This document shows positions 23,370 through 32,122 of a DNA stretch of 64,000 nt, one piece after another. Numbering within the stretch: the first letter of the stretch is position 1; each line of letters starts with the position of its first letter. Made by a program: the position numbers and the translations under genes. Origin of the DNA: an uncultured Acidobacteriota bacterium. Lineage in GTDB: Bacteria; Acidobacteriota; Blastocatellia; RBC074. Below the pieces are notes generated by a model. The model did no database searches. It worked only from the letters and a program-made list of their open reading frames with translations, and was not told the DNA's origin. Where the stretch lies: assembly GCA_963796275.1 (NCBI GenBank), contig CAWCKY010000002.1, forward strand, positions 1 through 64,000, written 5' to 3'.

Positions 23370-24476
23370 ATGCAAGTAGCAGTCATCGATCAAAACAGAA
23401 GACCTCTGGCGCCGACTTCGGCGGTACGGGCCAGACTCCTGCTGAAGGAGGGCAAGGCCGCAGTCTTCAGGAGAGCGCCATTGGCGATCATCCTCAATCG
23501 CGTGGTTGAGGAGGAACAAGTACCGGATCTTCGGCTCAAGCTGGATCCAGGATCCAGAAAGACCGGAGTGGCGATAGTCAATCAGGGATCCGGACAGGTC
23601 GTCTTTGCAGCCGAGATTGAGCACCGAGGAGAGGCAATCAAGCAGGCTTTAGCTGCACGGAGAGCGATCCGGTGCAGTCGGCGCTCAAGAAAGACCAGAT
23701 ACCGGAAGGCGCGATTTCTCAACCGGAGGCGGCCAGAAGGGTGGCTGCCACCCTCACTCAAGAGCCGGATCAGCAATATTGAGACGTGGGTGAATCGGCT
23801 GGCTCGGCTCTATCCGATCTCAGGCCTCTCGATGGAGTTGGTAAAGTTCGACACTCAGTTGCTGGAGAATCCGGAGATCTCCGGAATCGAGTATCAGCAG
23901 GGTGAGTTGGCCGGATACGAGGTGAGAGAGTATCTGCTTGAGAAGTGGGGCCGGAAGTGCGCCTACTGTTCAAGGACAGATTTTCCTCTTCAGATCGAAC
24001 ACATCATTCCGGAATCACGAGGAGGCAGTGATCGAGTCTCGAATCTGACGTTGGCCTGTGCTGGCTGTAATCAACGGAAGGGTCCTAGAACCGCAGCCGA
24101 GTTTGGATTTCCTGAGATCGAGCAGCAGGTCAAAGAACCATTGAAGGATGCGGCGGCGTTGAATGCAACGCGGTGGGCGCTCTTGGAGCGGTTAAAGGGC
24201 TTCGGACTGCCGGTAGAGACGGGATCAGGCGGACTGACCAAATACAACCGGACGAAGCGAGACCTGCCCAAGGCACACTGGATCGACGCGGCCTGCGTCG
24301 GAAAGTCAACGCCCGCACAGGTCATTACGGATGTGGTTATCCTATTGGAGATCAAGGCGACAGGGCATAACACCCGACAGATGTGCCGGATGGACAAGTA
24401 CGGATTTCCACGCACATCAGCCAAAGGCCCACGTACGATCAAAGGCTTCAGAACCGGAGATATGTCTGATGAGTAG
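23370..24476 (+). CDS. iscB: IscB RNA-guided endonuclease (IS200/IS605 OMEGA), C-terminally truncated
   Basis: PLAP (PLMP) N-terminus, RuvC-I LDPGS, Arg-rich bridge helix, RuvC-II ELVKFD, CAYC…EHIIPESRGGSDRVSNLTLACAGCN (HNH), RuvC-III HWIDAAC. It stops 4 residues after GFRTGD. Confidence 0.92.
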   Translation: MQVAVIDQNRRPLAPTSAVRARLLLKEGKAAVFRRAPLAIILNRVVEEEQVPDLRLKLDPGSRKTGVAIVNQGSGQVVFAAEIEHRGEAIKQALAARRAIRCSRRSRKTRYRKARFLNRRRPEGWLPPSLKSRISNIETWVNRLARLYPISGLSMELVKFDTQLLENPEISGIEYQQGELAGYEVREYLLEKWGRKCAYCSRTDFPLQIEHIIPESRGGSDRVSNLTLACAGCNQRKGPRTAAEFGFPEIEQQVKEPLKDAAALNATRWALLERLKGFGLPVETGSGGLTKYNRTKRDLPKAHWIDAACVGKSTPAQVITDVVILLEIKATGHNTRQMCRMDKYGFPRTSAKGPRTIKGFRTGDMSDE

Positions 24477-25022
24477 GGAGATTTGAGACGTCGAATTAAG
24501 GAAAGATGTGACGATGTTCGGTGAACGATGTAGCGATTTACACCCGCACCACTGATTATTTTCAAATGTGTTCAATATTGAACAAAACCCCGACCCAAAG
24601 TTGATCTATCATTTATTCGTTCCGTTGTCATCTAGCAAATTGTTTACTCTAAAGCCATACAATTCTGTCGTCCCTATAGATAACATTATCCTAAGGCCTT
24701 TCAGCCGAGTATTTGGGTCGACCCTATCGCATCGAGTGATGTCTCGTTGGCTTGACGACATTTTCCGATGCTCAAAAGACGTTTCATCAGGTACTTTAAC
24801 CGGACAAAATGCTTATCCGATATTTTAATTACCCTTAGCGTAAAATTTTTCGTGAATGGCAAAGCAATGCCATCAACTCTTACTCAGCAGCGCGGTCTTT
24901 AGTCTCTTTCGAATAATTTCTTTCACGTATTGTTCTCGGGTCTGAGGCGGCCCAGCTACAGTGGGACATTCTTTAACCCGAATATTGGTTAAATTCGCAC
25001 AAAAGTAACAATTTAACCCTTT

Positions 25023-26405
25023 ATGAAAATCTGGCACCGCTTTATCGGTCAAAGACCTGAAGCGACGATTCTCGATGCACTAAACCGGGAGAATCTCGCT
25101 TTTTATTCCTGCGAATCGCTCGCGCCGCAGGGCGCCGGTGTCGTCTTTTTCGATGAGATCACGCCACAGCTTTTTGACCTGTTGCGTGAGGTGAGTCGGC
25201 GCGGGCTGGGGAGGGTGCTGGTCGTCGCACCGAGATGCTCGAGTTTAAAAATCGATTGTGTTTGGGAAATGCTGAAAGCCGGGGCTTCGGACGTTTTGGC
25301 CTGGGATCATTCCGACAGTCCGGCGCGCGAGGTGGCGGCGAGGTTCGAGCGGTGGGAGAAGGTCGACGAGATTGTCGAGTCGCCGCTGGTGAGAGGGAAC
25401 CTCGCGGGTCGTAGTTCGGCTTGGGTTCGTGCGCTCAGGCAGATCGTCGAGGTCGCGCGGTTCACCGATGCCTCAGTGTTGATCACGGGGGAGAGTGGGA
25501 CGGGAAAGGAGCTTGTCGCTCGGTTGATCCACACGCTTGATCCGCGGCCGGGTAAGCGCAGTCTGGTCGTTTCCGACTGCACCACAATCGTGCCGGAGCT
25601 TTCGGGCAGCGAATTTTTCGGCCACGAGCGTGGCGCTTTCACCGGCGCGGTCACTGCACGTGATGGGGCTTTCACACTGGCCGACGGCGGGACGCTCTTT
25701 CTCGATGAAGTCGGCGAATTGCCGCTCAACCTGCAGGCCGAGCTACTGCGCGTAGTGCAGGAGCGCACGTATAAACGCGTCGGCAGCAATACGTGGCAGA
25801 AGACCGACTTCCGTCTGGTGTGCGCGACCAACCGCGATCTGATCAAGGAACAGTCGCGCGGCCGTTTCCGGAGCGATCTCTATTACCGCATCGCCAGTTG
25901 GATTTATCAACTTCCGCCGTTGCGGGAACGTCGCGAAGACATCCTCCTGCTGGCGAAACATTTCATCTCTCAGCTTCGCTCCGACGATTCCGCCCAACTA
26001 CCGGAATTCGATGACGCCGTGCGCGAATACCTGCTCACGCGCGACTATCCCGGCAACGTGCGCGACCTCAGGCACCTTGTCATGCGCATCGTTCAGCATC
26101 ACGTGGGCCCGGGTCCGATCACGGCCGGAGACATTCCAGAAAATGAAAGACCGAGCGGAGACAGCGAATTGAAAGATTGGCGGTGTGAAAATTTGGAGAA
26201 CGCCATCCGCTTGGCGGTCGTATCGGGAGTGAATCTCAAGGAGATCGAACGCAATGCTGGGGAGATAGCCGAACGAATCGCGCTCGAAGAAGAACAGGGC
26301 AATCTGCAACGCGCAGCTTCCAGGCTCGGCGTGACGGATCGCGCGCTGCAGAAGCGCCGCGCGGCCCGCAGGCAAAACGGCAACAGTGTGGATACAGGTG
26401 CGTAG
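25023..26405 (+). CDS. Sigma54-dependent enhancer-binding protein (degenerate receiver-like N-terminus, AAA+, Fis-type HTH)
   Basis: GESGTGKE, GAFTGA loop, LFLDEVGEL, RFRSDLYYRI, YPGNVRDL, C-terminal NLQRAASRLGVT. Confidence 0.93.
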   Translation: MKIWHRFIGQRPEATILDALNRENLAFYSCESLAPQGAGVVFFDEITPQLFDLLREVSRRGLGRVLVVAPRCSSLKIDCVWEMLKAGASDVLAWDHSDSPAREVAARFERWEKVDEIVESPLVRGNLAGRSSAWVRALRQIVEVARFTDASVLITGESGTGKELVARLIHTLDPRPGKRSLVVSDCTTIVPELSGSEFFGHERGAFTGAVTARDGAFTLADGGTLFLDEVGELPLNLQAELLRVVQERTYKRVGSNTWQKTDFRLVCATNRDLIKEQSRGRFRSDLYYRIASWIYQLPPLRERREDILLLAKHFISQLRSDDSAQLPEFDDAVREYLLTRDYPGNVRDLRHLVMRIVQHHVGPGPITAGDIPENERPSGDSELKDWRCENLENAIRLAVVSGVNLKEIERNAGEIAERIALEEEQGNLQRAASRLGVTDRALQKRRAARRQNGNSVDTGA

Positions 26406-26417
26406 TTCGGTCTGTAA

Positions 26418-27251
26418 TCAATACGATTGGCCTGCCGGAAAATGAGCGCCCAGCCGCGGATCGCTGCCTTCAATCTGTCCCATTGCCGCTCCGATCTTCC
26501 AAATCGCCGGCGACCTCGGCGCTTTGACGCGCGAGATCAGTCGCAAAAAATTTCCGCCGAGGATTAGCCGCTCAGCCTCCGTGGGTAAACCCAGCGCTTT
26601 TACTTTTGCCAGTTCAACCGCCGGGTGCAGCCATGGTCCGTCGGAGCCGAAAAGAATTTTTCTTGCCCCTGCCCTGCGCACCGCCTGCTGGAGCAGATCG
26701 AAGCGCCGCACGCCCGATGTGTCAGTGTAAACATTTGAATGGCGAACCAGGTGATCAATCATAGCCAGTTGCGCACGCCAGTCGTCAGAAAAACTCCCGA
26801 GATGTGGGATAATGAAGCAAACGTCCGGGTATTCTTCGGCCAGCAACTCGACTACCGAAACTTCACCCATCACATCGTACATCACCGGCAGAGAGAGCGC
26901 GCGCGCAACTTCACAGACCTCGCGCGTGATCGTAGCGTCGTGCCGGTGCGCCTTGATCCCGACGAAGCCGTAGCCTGTCACCGCTTCTTCAATCATTACC
27001 GCAATGCGCCCGCGATCACGTTGTGGATTCACAAAAGCGAAGCCGTAAAAACGCCCCGGACGCGCGGCCACGATGCGCGCGACTTCGCGATTAGCCACCG
27101 CATAGTCCGAGTGAAAAGCGGCGAGAAGCACCGTGCGCTCAATGCCCGCGCGAATCGCGCGCGGCAGATATTTAGCGAGCGACGCGTTGGTGTCCCACGG
27201 GCCGGTCAATCCGTCGCCTGTGCCCGCGTGGCAGTGGCAATCAATAATCAT
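26418..27251 (-). CDS. Amidohydrolase_2-family metal-dependent hydrolase
   Basis: IDCHCH, IIPHLG, YTDTSG, ILFGSDGP motifs. Confidence 0.9.
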   Translation of the reverse strand: MIIDCHCHAGTGDGLTGPWDTNASLAKYLPRAIRAGIERTVLLAAFHSDYAVANREVARIVAARPGRFYGFAFVNPQRDRGRIAVMIEEAVTGYGFVGIKAHRHDATITREVCEVARALSLPVMYDVMGEVSVVELLAEEYPDVCFIIPHLGSFSDDWRAQLAMIDHLVRHSNVYTDTSGVRRFDLLQQAVRRAGARKILFGSDGPWLHPAVELAKVKALGLPTEAERLILGGNFLRLISRVKAPRSPAIWKIGAAMGQIEGSDPRLGAHFPAGQSY

Positions 27252-27264
27252 AATTCGATCCTCT

Positions 27265-28704
27265 TCACGTCGCGCTCGTAATAGCGGCGTGTTCTATCTT
27301 TTGTCGGCGCAATCCAATTGGCTTCTCCTGCCACGTACTAACTTCAGCCAGAAAATGAATAGATGTCGTAATGCCTTTGAAGAAATTGGGCAGATAAAAT
27401 TTCTCGTTTGGCGCGTGCATGCGGTCACCAGGCAGCGCAAAGCCCATCAAGATAGTGGGAATACCCAATATTTCCTGTAGGACGCTGACTACCGGAATTG
27501 TGCCGCCTGATCGTAAGTACACGGGCCTTGCGCCGAAGCTCTTTTGATATGCAACCGCTGCCGCTCGTATTGCCGGGTGACGGCGATTCACCAGAGCAGG
27601 CCGTGCCGCGAGGCTTGTCCGGATAACTGAGCGCACCGTAGCGGGTGTGACCCGGGCGATATGCTGACGAACCAGTTGGTCAATCTCACGCGGGTCTTGG
27701 TCGGGCACGAGCCGGAAATTGAGTTTCGCTGTCGCGCGGGCAGGGATGACTGCTTTGACGCCCGCTCCTTGATAGCCGCCGCTAATGCCGTTGACCGTGA
27801 GCGCCGGGCGAATGGTTGTCCGTTCGTAGAGAGTGTAACTGTGCTCGCCCCAGCTCTGCTTTGCGTGAGCATCGCGCAGTATTTGCCCGTCCGTAGGCCC
27901 AACGCTCGCCATGTAAGCCCGCTCCTCGTCATCCCACCAACGCACGCGGTTGTAAAAGTCAGGGATCGTCACGCGTCCGTGAGTGTCGTGCAAATTGGCG
28001 AGGATTTCGCATAGGGCTTGAAGCGGATTGTGTACCGCACCGCCGAAGTTGCCGGAGTGCAAATCCTGTTCCGGGCCATTCACTTCCAGCTCTAAGCTCA
28101 GCGCCCCGCGCAACGCGTAAGTGATCGCTGGGCGATGCGGCCCCAGGATTCGTGTGTCCGATAGCACAGCGACATCAGCTGCTAACATTGTTTGATGGCG
28201 TGCGAGGAAGGTGATGAGGTGCGGACTGCCAATCTCCTCTTCACCCTCAAATAGACATTTGACATTGACCGGCAGATTGCCGCTCGTGCGCAGATAAGAC
28301 TCCAGGGCTTTGACATGAACGAACAGTTGCCCTTTGTCATCGGATACGCCCCGGCCATAAAGAGAATCACGGCGTATGATTGGCTCAAACGGCGGCGAAC
28401 GCCATTCATGGAGCGGATCAGGGGGTTGTACATCATAATGACCATAGATCAGCACCGTAGGGCGCCCAGACAAATGATGCGACTCGGCATAAATAATCGG
28501 ATGGCACGGAGTAGGGATGATTTGGACATGCTCCAAGCCAATCTGTCGTAGATGATCGGCCAGCCAGGCCGCACATCTCTGTAGTTCGCTCGCAAACCGC
28601 GGCTGTGCGCTGATGGTAGGGAATCGCACGAATTCTTTCAGCTCTGTTATGAACCGTGAGCTGTTAGTTCGAGCATGGCGGATAGCTTTATTACTGATCT
28701 CCAT
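27265..28704 (-). CDS. M20-family dipeptidase
   Basis: YGHYDVQP, GRGVSDDKGQ, FEGEEEIGS, DLHSG, GGTIP, HAPNE. Confidence 0.93.
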   Translation of the reverse strand: MEISNKAIRHARTNSSRFITELKEFVRFPTISAQPRFASELQRCAAWLADHLRQIGLEHVQIIPTPCHPIIYAESHHLSGRPTVLIYGHYDVQPPDPLHEWRSPPFEPIIRRDSLYGRGVSDDKGQLFVHVKALESYLRTSGNLPVNVKCLFEGEEEIGSPHLITFLARHQTMLAADVAVLSDTRILGPHRPAITYALRGALSLELEVNGPEQDLHSGNFGGAVHNPLQALCEILANLHDTHGRVTIPDFYNRVRWWDDEERAYMASVGPTDGQILRDAHAKQSWGEHSYTLYERTTIRPALTVNGISGGYQGAGVKAVIPARATAKLNFRLVPDQDPREIDQLVRQHIARVTPATVRSVIRTSLAARPALVNRRHPAIRAAAVAYQKSFGARPVYLRSGGTIPVVSVLQEILGIPTILMGFALPGDRMHAPNEKFYLPNFFKGITTSIHFLAEVSTWQEKPIGLRRQKIEHAAITSAT

Positions 28705-28839
28705 AACAATCAGCGAATCATCTTTGTTCAGATCGTGTTCTCAATGATTTCAGCGACCAGCTTGAAGCCGCGGCTCGAAGCGGTACGCTTGAATCCAGTG
28801 TTACATCATTTGTCCACGCCGCCAGGCACAACCGACCCA

Positions 28840-28976
28840 TCGCCCTGGCCCGCGTGGCAGTGGCAATCAATCATCACAACTTGACTCTCTCCACGTCGCG
28901 CTCGCATTAGCAGCCTGTTCTATCTTTTATCGGCGCAATCCAAATGAGGTGGGACTGCCAATCTCCTCTTTACCTA
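28840..28976 (-). pseudogene. Decayed, internally deleted second copy of the M20/amidohydrolase junction
   Basis: 28847-28943 matches 27219-27318 (M20 end plus the IDCHCHAG start), and 28944-28974 matches ~28214-28246 (EEEIGSPHL). Confidence 0.75.
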
Positions 28977-29069
28977 CAATAATCACAGCAGGAAATCGCT
29001 TTGCCATACGAGCACTGCCTGCTTGGCCTTAATGAAAGACAACTCCGGGCTCGCTTTTACGATGGAAAC

Positions 29070-29400
29070 TTACGACGCGCATGCTGGCTTCGTTAGCGAG
29101 GCATCGGACGCTGGGGCTGACCGATTTAATAGTCCGCACAATACCAGGGGTAGGGCGGCCGCTGCCTGTATAATTTCTACCTGCTGCGCGATTAGCTCGG
29201 CGGCATAATTGCCAAAAGCCTTACCCGGAAGGTAGGCGTAAGTGCTGACGCCCTCATCAGCGGCGGCCGCGGCGGCCTTTTTAGCAATTCCTGCCATAGC
29301 CAGCGGGTCGCTTATGCCACCAGCGATCGCGGCTGCGGTCGTAGCGGCCGCAGCTGCGGTCTTGGCCGCCGGTAGATGCCAGGGCGAGGAATTGACATCG
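29070..29400 (-). pseudogene. Ala-rich ORF remnant
   Basis: The 75-aa ORF frame stays open upstream (…AAKTAAAAATTAAAIAGG…) without a clear start. Confidence 0.3.
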
Positions 29401-29671
29401 GATCGAGTTCTTCATGAAAGATTGCGTGTCGGACCCAGTGTGCTGCCCTTGCCAGGCGTGCGCCAATTCGTGGATGAGCGAATTGGAGCGGAGGCGCGTC
29501 TCTCAGACGCGCGAATCAAGGTTCATCACCACATAAGAACCGGCGGGGAGCGGGACGGCGACAGTAAATGGTCGACCCTGCGCGCCCAGCCCGTCAGAGA
29601 TCAGTATTTTGGTGATACATCTACGGCTAATCTCCCCTGTCCCTCCAGACGAAGAACGTTGCCTCAAGCGC

Positions 29672-31354
29672 TTACCGCCCGTCAACTGACCAGTGCCACG
29701 CCTCGCTGGGGAGGTTTTTCAACCCGAACCTGGCGGCGTTCGCGGCCAGCCACTGAAAGCCGGGGTTGTTGTGCGTCTCGATCAAAGCGCCGTTGTACGT
29801 GAAGTCGATGGCCAGACCGCGCTCGTGATTCGAGCGCCCGGGATTTGCCGTGGGCGGCTTGCATTCTTTAGCAGGCTTGTCGTAAATGTCGTAGTGAGTG
29901 GGGCCGCAGTGTTGCCGTCGCAATTCGATCTGCTCTTCGGGTGTGCGGAAACCTCCGCCGGAGAGCCTGACGCCGTCGGCATCCGCCGCTGCGAGCAACT
30001 TCGTGATCTGTGGCGCGATCTGGCGCGCGACCGTGATCTCTCGCACTTTGACTACATCGGGCCTGCCGGTAGGCGTTGTCGGGCTCGGCGTCGGCACAGG
30101 CGATGCGGCGGGATGGGAACCGACCGAGCGCAGAGCCGGCCGAACGATGGTAGCGCGTATCTTCACCCATTCGCTGGCCAGACTGGCATAGCCGGATTCA
30201 CTCCTGCTGAGCGCACGCCCGGATCGTTCGGGGTGACGCGTATTGAAGACCAGGTCGGTCAACTGAACCTCGTTGCGATTACCGTACACGACGGCCAGCT
30301 TCACCGCCGTGGATTCCAGACCCAGATTCAACATCTTCAACACGGGATAAGGGAACTGGTAAAGGTTGAACTCCGCCTCTTCGAAGTAGGTCTCGAGATC
30401 AGAGATCAGTTCCATCTCCGGCTCGGCTTTGTATAGCTTGCAGTTTTGAGTGGAGGTGCGATCGATGATCGGCGTTGTGCTCAGAGGGGGAAAGATGGAA
30501 GAGGGCCACGAGGTTTCCGGTTGAATCGCGGGCGCGCCGCCCGTTACTCGGATCGATCCTGGGGCGAGATTCACCGCGCGCTGATCGATGAAGAACGCAT
30601 TGCTCATCTGGTTCAACCCTGAGAGCGGGCCGACCCATCTCCACTTTTTGCTGCGGGCGTAAGCTTCCGTGAATCCTCGCCATTCGTCGAAATCGCGGGG
30701 AAATCTCTTGTGCCGGTCCTTGAAATAGACCTTGGTGGAGGCGAATTCGCTAGCATTGCCGATGGGATTCGGAACCAGCCCTTTCATTGCGCGCTCCGCC
30801 AATGACCTAGCGCTGGCGGGCAGCCGGCTCCACGGAGTCCGCTGTAGTTCCAGAAAGCGGGCCAATTGGCCTTTCGGAATGTCCGTCCCTTCGTACGTTC
30901 CGCCAGTTTTTACAAACTCTGGTTTGTGTGCGTGACGCTTTGCGGCCCCCTTGCTTTTCAGCACCGGCTGCAGAGGCGTCGAGTAGGCGCGGATGAACTG
31001 GTGGAACGTCCGGTAGACCCGATGGGTGAAAAGCGCATAGCGATTGAACATCGCCCAGATCACCGCCTGATTGCCCGGGTCGTCGCGTCCCCCCGCTTCG
31101 CCCACCAGGAAACGCGCCGTCCACAAGACATCTTCGGCGGTGAACTGATAGGTGAACGGCTGGCGTCCCGGAATCGTCGTGGCGAGACTGCCGAACGGTC
31201 CGGCGGGCATTGTGGCGGCGGTTCGCCTAGTCGCGGTGCTCGCCGTCGAACCCGTTTCTCCCCACCACTCTTCCTCCCCCATTTCGCCTGGCCGGAAATC
31301 GAGCTCCGGGTGGAACTCGTTTGGTACGCTCTCAAAATATAATTGTCTGTTCAT
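29672..31354 (-). CDS. Multidomain peptidoglycan hydrolase: acidic leader + SleB/Hydrolase_2-like domain + unknown domain + M15 (VanY-like) peptidase
   Basis: DVLWTARFLVGEAGG…AVIWAMFNR (cell-wall-hydrolase-like); C-terminal SGGGFR…PGRSNHERGLAIDF…WLAANAARFG…EAWHWS. No signal peptide. Confidence 0.8.
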   Translation of the reverse strand: MNRQLYFESVPNEFHPELDFRPGEMGEEEWWGETGSTASTATRRTAATMPAGPFGSLATTIPGRQPFTYQFTAEDVLWTARFLVGEAGGRDDPGNQAVIWAMFNRYALFTHRVYRTFHQFIRAYSTPLQPVLKSKGAAKRHAHKPEFVKTGGTYEGTDIPKGQLARFLELQRTPWSRLPASARSLAERAMKGLVPNPIGNASEFASTKVYFKDRHKRFPRDFDEWRGFTEAYARSKKWRWVGPLSGLNQMSNAFFIDQRAVNLAPGSIRVTGGAPAIQPETSWPSSIFPPLSTTPIIDRTSTQNCKLYKAEPEMELISDLETYFEEAEFNLYQFPYPVLKMLNLGLESTAVKLAVVYGNRNEVQLTDLVFNTRHPERSGRALSRSESGYASLASEWVKIRATIVRPALRSVGSHPAASPVPTPSPTTPTGRPDVVKVREITVARQIAPQITKLLAAADADGVRLSGGGFRTPEEQIELRRQHCGPTHYDIYDKPAKECKPPTANPGRSNHERGLAIDFTYNGALIETHNNPGFQWLAANAARFGLKNLPSEAWHWSVDGR

Positions 31355-31365
31355 ACTTTGACCTC

Positions 31366-31941
31366 ATTCACCCACGCGAGGGCGCTTAATTCCATACCAC
31401 TTTCTTATTCTCGACGGGCGAACTGCCCCGAAGCCGTACATGCCTGAAAGGATGAGCATGAACTTCAGGTAGTAATTGTCCGCCGGTCAGGGATTATTGA
31501 CCATGAATTTCACCGGGATGCGCAACACTGAGTACTCCCGGATGCCGACACGCCGCCAAGCCTCCGAAGCCGCACGGGTCTCCAAAGAGAGTGGGTTGTT
31601 AATGACCACGTAATTGTCTCGCGGCAAACGGGGCCTCTTCCCGCCGGCGTAGAAGCCGAAAGTCGCTTGCACATCCAGGATGTTATATTGCACGTGGCGG
31701 CTCTGTTGACATTGACCAGTTCGATGCCGGAATTGGGGTTTTTCTTGATATATCGATGATCCGCCAGCATACGCACGATGCCCGATGAACCCTGCGCGGC
31801 CATTGTCTGCCCGGCGGCCGCGGCGGGAGTCCTCCCGCGCACCGCAGTAGTGACAGCATCACCTTCTAATTCGCCCAGCCACTCGCTCTCGGGTTGCCAA
31901 GCCTCCTGCTGTTCCACTGCCAATTCAAACGAGTCTCTCAT
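31366..31941 (-). pseudogene. Disrupted small protein with acidic leader
   Basis: It starts MRDSFELAVEQQEAWQPESEWLGELEG after AGGAG. Protein-like sequence appears to shift frame near 31700 (QYNILDVQATFGFY…) and continues past a TGA at 31487 to a stop just before the next gene. Confidence 0.5.
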
Positions 31942-32122
31942 CGGTGCTCCTTTTCTTATGCGCTAGTAGCGCTGTCGTACCTTGCGATTTTCTTTGGGGC
32001 GAATGCCGTCGGTCTTCGATCGCCGTGGCAGTCAGTCCGGTGAAGACCGAGTACAGTCACTGAATCTCCTGATCGGCGTTGCCATTCTTCTGAAGAATGC
32101 GTCAAGACTGAAAGCGCAATTC

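Noticed and set aside
23370-24476. Cas9 or CRISPR-associated IscB
   Set aside because: The ORF is too short, has a PLMP-type N-terminus and an omegaRNA, and no repeat-spacer array is nearby.
28993-29010. Second sigma54 promoter upstream of the M20 gene (TGGCAAAGCGATTTCC)
   Set aside because: It lacks the -12 GC at the required spacing.
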